Shown: one piece after another, positions 58,771-64,000 of the stretch
Layout: the number at the start of each line of letters is the position of its first letter
Position numbering within the stretch: position 1 is the first letter of the stretch
Source of the DNA: Candidatus Thorarchaeota archaeon
Lineage (GTDB): Archaea; Asgardarchaeota; Thorarchaeia; Thorarchaeales; Thorarchaeaceae
Length of the DNA stretch: 64,000 bases
Reading direction: 5' to 3'
Assembly (NCBI GenBank): GCA_046758445.1
Contig: JBHIAE010000001.1
Coordinates: 96,001-160,000 of the forward strand
Program-made: the position numbers and the translations under genes
Notes under the pieces: generated by a model
What the model was told of the DNA's origin: nothing
What the model saw: only the letters and a program-made list of their open reading frames with translations
Databases searched by the model: none

Positions 58771-60549
58771 CTATAGATCCAGTTCCTTGAGCGCCTCTCT
58801 GCTAGGGTGACCAGATGTCCGGTTCCATTTTCTATAGTCATAGTATTCTCCTAGTTGCCTCTCTATGTCGGGAACGAAGTCATCTGTTGCGTAATCTGGC
58901 AAGGGCTGAAGAAGAGGTTCAGGAAGGCTATCGTCAGCACCGGTGAGGCCACACTTGAGATTGAACAAGCGTTTCATGGTGACAGCTCTGGCTCCAACCT
59001 TTAGGATGTCTTCAAGTTTAAACGAGGCTCCCGTGGCCAGATTCAATAGGTCAACTATTGTAGAAGGGGGAACAATGGCAAAATGGCACATGATAATGGA
59101 GTCGAAGAACGCTCTGAAGTCCTGGGCCTTAGCAGATGTTGTGCCTTTCGCATCGTTCTCTAGACGGTCTCCTGAGTTGATGCCAAGCTCACGTACATCG
59201 GCGCCCATGTCTACTGAATACATGTCACCCTCAAGATGAGTTGCACCTCTTGATGCTACAGCATATACAGTTGCCATCCCAGCAAATGCACGAGGGTCAT
59301 GGTTTGGAATCTCCATGCCTTTGACATGCAAAGCCAGTTCAGAAACACCATGTTTCTCTGCAAAACGCATTGACCCTTCTGCAAGTTCGTCACCAACCTC
59401 AGTTCGATTGGCAATCGCATGAATGAGCTCAATTACTCCGTCAGGATCATTCCATTGTAGGCCTAAGTCAAGCTTCCCAATGTCACATAGGTGAGTCGCA
59501 AATGAGATGGTACTTCCACAGCTGATCGTGTCCATTCCATACTGGTTGCAGAGCCTGTTCATTAGTGACACTTTCTTTAGGTCAGTGATCATAAGGCCAG
59601 TGCCAAAAGCTGCTATCGACTGATACTCGGGACCAGCGACTTTATTCATTCCGAACTCTGGAAGTGATATTACACGCCCACATCCAATGGGACAAGAATA
59701 GCAAGCTGTCCGACCAGTGAGGAACTCTTTCATGGTTGTGGCACTAAGCGCATCAGCATCGAACTCGACTCCCTGGAAGTATTTGATGGGCATGTCGTTG
59801 AACATGATTCCAACGTCAACGTATAGCGACGTGCCTTGGTCCCGAAGATGATGCATTGCCTCACCAAGGGTCTTTGCCGACTCTCTTGCGAGCTTTGTGA
59901 GGCCCTCTTGATCTGCAATCTTTACTTTCTGGTTACCTTCTACTGTGATAGCCTTGAGATTCTTTGACCCCATGACCGCTCCCATGCCGCATCTGGCCGC
60001 CGTTCTTTCATCTGTCACTACACTGGCAAATCGGACTAGATTCTCTCCAGCTGGCCCTATACATGCAGTCCGAACGCGACCCAACTTCCTTCTGAGAACC
60101 TCTTGCGTTTCATCGCTCTTCATTCCCCAGAGGCCCGCCGCCAAGTGAATCTCTGGAACTTCGTTACGGACATGGAGATAGACTGGCTCTTTCGCTCGAC
60201 CCGTCAGAAGAATACCATCAAACCCCGAGAACTTCACAGAAGCGCCGAAGTGGCCTCCGATATGTGCTTCCCCCCAGAAGCCAGTCAAAGGGGACTTACC
60301 ACACACAACAAGTCGGCCAGTGCTGGGAGCTATAGTGCCAGTCAGCGGACCTGTCATGAACAGAAGCATATTGTCGGGACCGAGGGGCTCCACCGTCGGA
60401 TCCATTATCTCGTACAGAAGCTTGCTTGCATATCCACTGCCACCAATGAAATGCTTCGCAATATTCTCATCTAGAGCCATAATAGAAGTGGATTCTCTGG
60501 TAAGGTCTACTCTCAGGATTTGACCCACGCAGCCGTTCACGCAGTCCAC
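58771..60549 (-). CDS. aor: Tungsten aldehyde:ferredoxin oxidoreductase family
   Basis: ILRVDL, KSPLTG, GPAGE, GAVMGSKNLKA, CYSCPIGC, GMDTIS. Confidence 0.94.
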   Translation of the reverse strand: MDCVNGCVGQILRVDLTRESTSIMALDENIAKHFIGGSGYASKLLYEIMDPTVEPLGPDNMLLFMTGPLTGTIAPSTGRLVVCGKSPLTGFWGEAHIGGHFGASVKFSGFDGILLTGRAKEPVYLHVRNEVPEIHLAAGLWGMKSDETQEVLRRKLGRVRTACIGPAGENLVRFASVVTDERTAARCGMGAVMGSKNLKAITVEGNQKVKIADQEGLTKLARESAKTLGEAMHHLRDQGTSLYVDVGIMFNDMPIKYFQGVEFDADALSATTMKEFLTGRTACYSCPIGCGRVISLPEFGMNKVAGPEYQSIAAFGTGLMITDLKKVSLMNRLCNQYGMDTISCGSTISFATHLCDIGKLDLGLQWNDPDGVIELIHAIANRTEVGDELAEGSMRFAEKHGVSELALHVKGMEIPNHDPRAFAGMATVYAVASRGATHLEGDMYSVDMGADVRELGINSGDRLENDAKGTTSAKAQDFRAFFDSIIMCHFAIVPPSTIVDLLNLATGASFKLEDILKVGARAVTMKRLFNLKCGLTGADDSLPEPLLQPLPDYATDDFVPDIERQLGEYYDYRKWNRTSGHPSREALKELDL

Positions 60550-60551
60550 CT

Positions 60552-61190
60552 CTAGAAATCACGCATCATTTCCCAGAGGTCGGCTTCGTCCTCTACAACC
60601 TCTGCAGGCAGCTGCTTGGGCTCTGCAATCTGCTTGGCAAGCAGGAAGATTTTGCATGTTCTTTCAAGAAGAATCGCCTTCTCCATTGCCTTTCTGATGG
60701 TCTTGGCGCAACAGACTGCTCCATGATTCGCTATCAACGCGGCACTCCGCATGTCCATGGCTTCAACAACGTTCTTGGCCAATTCCTTAGTGCCAGGCAT
60801 CGCGTAGGAGGTGACTCTTATCTCGCCACCTAGTTTGGGTAGAACCTCGTCTAAGACTGGCGGCAGTGGCATATGTAGCAGAGCAAGCGCCGTAGCATAG
60901 ACACTGTGAGAATGAACCACTGCTCCTGCGTCTTCCCTCTGCCGATATATCTCGAGGTGAGTGGGCGCTTCAACACTGGGATTCCTTTCACCCTCAACAA
61001 CATTGCCTTCTAGGTCAAGAACCATTATGTCATCTGGCGTCATTGTGGCATAGGGAATGGAACTTGGAGTAATCAAGACGTGATCGCCGACTCTTAGGCT
61101 CGCGTTGCCAGATGATCCGATGACTAAGTCATGATCAACCATCTCATTGCAGATTTCAAGAAGTTCTTTCTTCTCCTTCTCATACATCAT
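60552..61190 (-). CDS. Class II aldolase/adducin family (fuculose-1-phosphate aldolase-like)
   Basis: SSGNAS, ITPS, PSVE, HSHS, NHG. Confidence 0.9.
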   Translation of the reverse strand: MMYEKEKKELLEICNEMVDHDLVIGSSGNASLRVGDHVLITPSSIPYATMTPDDIMVLDLEGNVVEGERNPSVEAPTHLEIYRQREDAGAVVHSHSVYATALALLHMPLPPVLDEVLPKLGGEIRVTSYAMPGTKELAKNVVEAMDMRSAALIANHGAVCCAKTIRKAMEKAILLERTCKIFLLAKQIAEPKQLPAEVVEDEADLWEMMRDF

Positions 61191-62689
61191 TCTTCACCCA
61201 AGGACCATATCTCCTTCCAACGTGAGTAGTATGAATTGTACTCATTCATTCGCTCGTCTGGCTGAACCGTTTCCTGCCAACTAACCATTGCCTCTGAAGC
61301 CTCTTTGAAACCAGTGTACCAACCGACACCGTGCGCCGCACATATCGCCGCACCGAGAAGACTCCCCTCTGATTGCTTAGGAGTTCTAACATTCCGACCC
61401 AACACATTTGCCAGTATCTGCACCCAGACGTTCGACTTGGTCACACCTCCAACTGCCTTGACAACAGACGGCTCCTTCAATTCCACTAACTGCTCGTAAT
61501 TCTCTCGAACAGAATAAGCGATGTTCTCTAACACTGCATGAATCAGATTCGCAGAGTTAAGCGGAATGACCTGAGGTAGGGCAGGCTGAGGGAAATGAAC
61601 TCTGGCAAAGGGAATCTGCGTTATGCGATGGGTGTTCATCACCGTCGGTCCCAGAGCAGCGAAGGTTTCATTGCTGCCGGGAGGCACGTTCTCCAGAATC
61701 TCTGATAGATTATCGAGGGTTTCCTCCTTGCAGCGGTCCGGATTCTCTGCTCTTTCACAGAGGAGCTCGATCACCCATTCTATGTAGGCCCCGGTCAACA
61801 TAGCATTGCTCTCTATCGTCCAGAAACCGGGTAGTATATGAGAAGCCGACCACATCTTTTGATCTGCGGAGCAAATAGGCTCGCCCGTGATCATCATTAC
61901 CGGCGTAGTGCTGCCTGCGACCACGACAGTTTCTCCAGCATCAGCCTGACACGCCAATAGTGCACAATGGGTGTCGGCACCGCCCTGTATGACAGGCAGG
62001 CCTTTCGGAAGCTTGGAGGCCTTCGCGGCTTCCGGGACTATCTCGCCGACAGCATCTCCAGCCTGATGTATCTCAGGGAGAATGGCTCTCTCAATGTTGA
62101 GACTGTTGAGAACCTCATCGCTCCAGTTTCTTTTCTTGATGTCTAGAAGGCCTGTTGCACTTGCAGAAGATGGTTCAGTGACGAATTCCCCACTTAGCCT
62201 GTAAGTCATCCAATCATTGATGGGAAGTAGATGTGCTACCTTCTCATGTAGCTCTGGTTCTTCCTCCTCGAACCACGCCAGCCTAGATGGTGCGAACATC
62301 ATCGGAGGCCAGCAACCCGTTATCTCGAGGAACCTGTTACCCAGGGCTTCTTCAACAACATACTGTGTCATTGCACCCCTCGCGTCACTGTTCGGGCCGG
62401 CATACAGCTCCTTTCCGTCTGAATCAAGCAGCACAATGCCGTGGCGTTGACTTGTCGTGGCAACTGCCTCAAGTTTGGAGGCAGATGTACCTGCAGCCGA
62501 TACGGCCTCCCGAGTCACAGTGCATATCAAATCCCAGAAGTGTGATGGGTCGAATTCCTTGGCTATCTCCAGGAAGGCAGGTGTTTCATAGCTCCAAGAG
62601 CGCCTGCTAAGACCCAGAGGATCTCCGTTTCTTCCCACGATCATACAACGCACGCCAGTAGTTCCTGCGTCAATGGCTGCAACGGGCAT
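61187..62689 (-). CDS. FGGY-family carbohydrate kinase
   Basis: IDAGTTG, SQRHG, GGAD, VGG...W.QI.ANVLG, LGAA. Confidence 0.92.
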   Translation of the reverse strand: MPVAAIDAGTTGVRCMIVGRNGDPLGLSRRSWSYETPAFLEIAKEFDPSHFWDLICTVTREAVSAAGTSASKLEAVATTSQRHGIVLLDSDGKELYAGPNSDARGAMTQYVVEEALGNRFLEITGCWPPMMFAPSRLAWFEEEEPELHEKVAHLLPINDWMTYRLSGEFVTEPSSASATGLLDIKKRNWSDEVLNSLNIERAILPEIHQAGDAVGEIVPEAAKASKLPKGLPVIQGGADTHCALLACQADAGETVVVAGSTTPVMMITGEPICSADQKMWSASHILPGFWTIESNAMLTGAYIEWVIELLCERAENPDRCKEETLDNLSEILENVPPGSNETFAALGPTVMNTHRITQIPFARVHFPQPALPQVIPLNSANLIHAVLENIAYSVRENYEQLVELKEPSVVKAVGGVTKSNVWVQILANVLGRNVRTPKQSEGSLLGAAICAAHGVGWYTGFKEASEAMVSWQETVQPDERMNEYNSYYSRWKEIWSLGEE

Positions 62690-62690
62690 C

Positions 62691-63701
62691 CTAACCTCCT
62701 CCTCTGTGAAAGACCTCCGGGTTTAGCATGTTCTTCGGACGACTCCCTGATAGGAAGGCCTTGATGTCGTCTGAAATCATACGTGATTGCTTCTCAATCG
62801 TGTCGATTGTGTTTCCTCCAATGTGAGGAGTGACGGTTACATTATCTAGTTCTAGAAACTCATTATCACAGTCGACAGGTTCCATAGAGAACACGTCGAG
62901 TCCAGCACCAGCAATTGATCCTTTCTCGAGCGCTTCTCGTAGAGCATTCTCATCCGTGATGGAGGCTCGGGCAGTATTGATGAAGACTGCACTCTTTTTC
63001 ATCATGGCAAACTGTTCTGCCCCTATCATCCCCATTGTTTCTTCAGTCTGCGGACAATGAACCGTGACGATATCAGATTCGCGTAGAAGCTGCTCAAGCT
63101 CAACGGGTTGAGCATCCACCTCTTCCATCCTCTCTGGAGCGGCATACGGGTCACTGACAAGAATCTTCACCCCGAATGCCTGAAGACGCTTTGCCACCTC
63201 GAAACCAATCTGGCCAAGACCGATTATCCCCACTGTCTTGCCCTGTAGTTCAAAGCCAGCCGTTGCCTTGTACATCTTTCCGAAGTCTGAGAAGTCGTCT
63301 ACCATGAACTCATTCTTGAGAAGTCGGTCTGCTACAGTGATCCTTCTGGCCTGAGCCAACATCAGAGCGATTGTCAACTCTGCCACTGCTATCGTGTTTC
63401 TACCGGGTGCTGCAATGACGGGAATCCCTCTTGCAGTCGCAGCAGGAACTGAGATGTTGTTGGGATTGTTCCTCACCGATGCGATCAGTTTGAGATCGGT
63501 CCCTTCAATTACCTCATCCTTGATCTCATCACCCTCTACAACCACAATCTCGTAGCCTCCCTCTTTGATTAGACCTGTGAATTTATCGCCAAGATAGAGC
63601 TTCCCTGTTTCCAGCCAGCTCTGGTGGTCGACTTCAAGCCCTGCCTCTTGAAGACTCTTCAATCCAAACTCTGAAAAGGGGGCAGTGATGAGCACTTTCA
63701 T
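62691..63701 (-). CDS. D-2-hydroxyacid dehydrogenase (SerA-like)
   Basis: VAEL, GIIGLGQIG, INTAR, LDVF, TPHIGG. Confidence 0.92.
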   Translation of the reverse strand: MKVLITAPFSEFGLKSLQEAGLEVDHQSWLETGKLYLGDKFTGLIKEGGYEIVVVEGDEIKDEVIEGTDLKLIASVRNNPNNISVPAATARGIPVIAAPGRNTIAVAELTIALMLAQARRITVADRLLKNEFMVDDFSDFGKMYKATAGFELQGKTVGIIGLGQIGFEVAKRLQAFGVKILVSDPYAAPERMEEVDAQPVELEQLLRESDIVTVHCPQTEETMGMIGAEQFAMMKKSAVFINTARASITDENALREALEKGSIAGAGLDVFSMEPVDCDNEFLELDNVTVTPHIGGNTIDTIEKQSRMISDDIKAFLSGSRPKNMLNPEVFHRGGG

Positions 63702-63743
63702 GTAGGGGTCTCCGTAGTTTCAACTACACGCGCGTTCCTTCTT

Positions 63744-64000
63744 CTATAGCATGAGCTTCTGCAGCTTCAGCAAGTCTGGCACTTCACCCTTTGTCTTGAG
63801 CTTTCCAGCCTGATACGCCGCCATTGGACTCTCACTCTTGTCCATGATTTTGAAGAAGATTGTCGAGTCCATTGTCACAGTCATCTCCGCCTCCGCATTG
63901 CCCTCAGTCACCTCTAGCAGTTCGGCATCGCCGATGCGAATGTATACTTGAGTATCGATATCAGGAAAGACAAACTGGAGAGTCTTGTTGAAATTCTTGA
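63744..64000 (-). CDS. SCP2 lipid-binding domain protein (5' truncated)
   Basis: Manual translation KNFNKTLQFVF...TMDSTIFFKIM...SPMAAYQAGKLKTKG...LQKLML*. Confidence 0.8.
   Translation of the reverse strand, partial: KNFNKTLQFVFPDIDTQVYIRIGDAELLEVTEGNAEAEMTVTMDSTIFFKIMDKSESPMAAYQAGKLKTKGEVPDLLKLQKLML

Noticed and set aside
1-64000. Numerous short antisense ORFs in the track, and rRNA/tRNA genes
   Set aside because: Antisense ORFs are shadows of well-supported genes; no cloverleaf or rRNA-like sequence recognised (tRNAscan-SE/Infernal would be decisive)

Overview
Chromosomal window from an Asgard archaeon, most likely Thorarchaeia-like. The Asgard call rests on a eukaryote-like actin, a gelsolin-type C-terminal fragment and the archaeal exosome/proteasome superoperon; the narrower lineage is an inference. 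Contents in order: a degenerate MCM-like gene, an orphan DNA methyltransferase, two paralogous polyferredoxins (one with an in-frame TGA), a doubly frameshifted GAF-PAS histidine kinase, actin divergent from a wHTH-CARF-like plus RNase III-like pair, lipid and tRNA-modification genes, and a histidine-utilisation (hut) cluster. Next comes a ~12.5 kb accessory island (giant acidic/HTH-repeat/LAGLIDADG protein, membrane-anchored VirB4/HerA-like ATPase, small phage-like ORFs, AT-rich HNH nuclease). The rest is a TetR-controlled radical SAM pair, an ECF transporter, the psmA-SBDS-rrp4/41/42-rpl37ae-Brix-Pcc1-pfdB superoperon and an SCP2/FGGY/aldolase/AOR operon. The standout is hutU. It is split by a 32-nt insert (27179-27210) that folds with its flanks into a near-canonical bulge-helix-bulge. 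Cleavage at the standard splicing-endonuclease positions removes exactly these 32 nt and restores a 671-aa urocanase, making it a candidate tRNA-type intron in an Asgard protein-coding mRNA. No rRNA, tRNA, CRISPR array, integrase or transposase was recognised. All family calls are by motif recognition, not database search.
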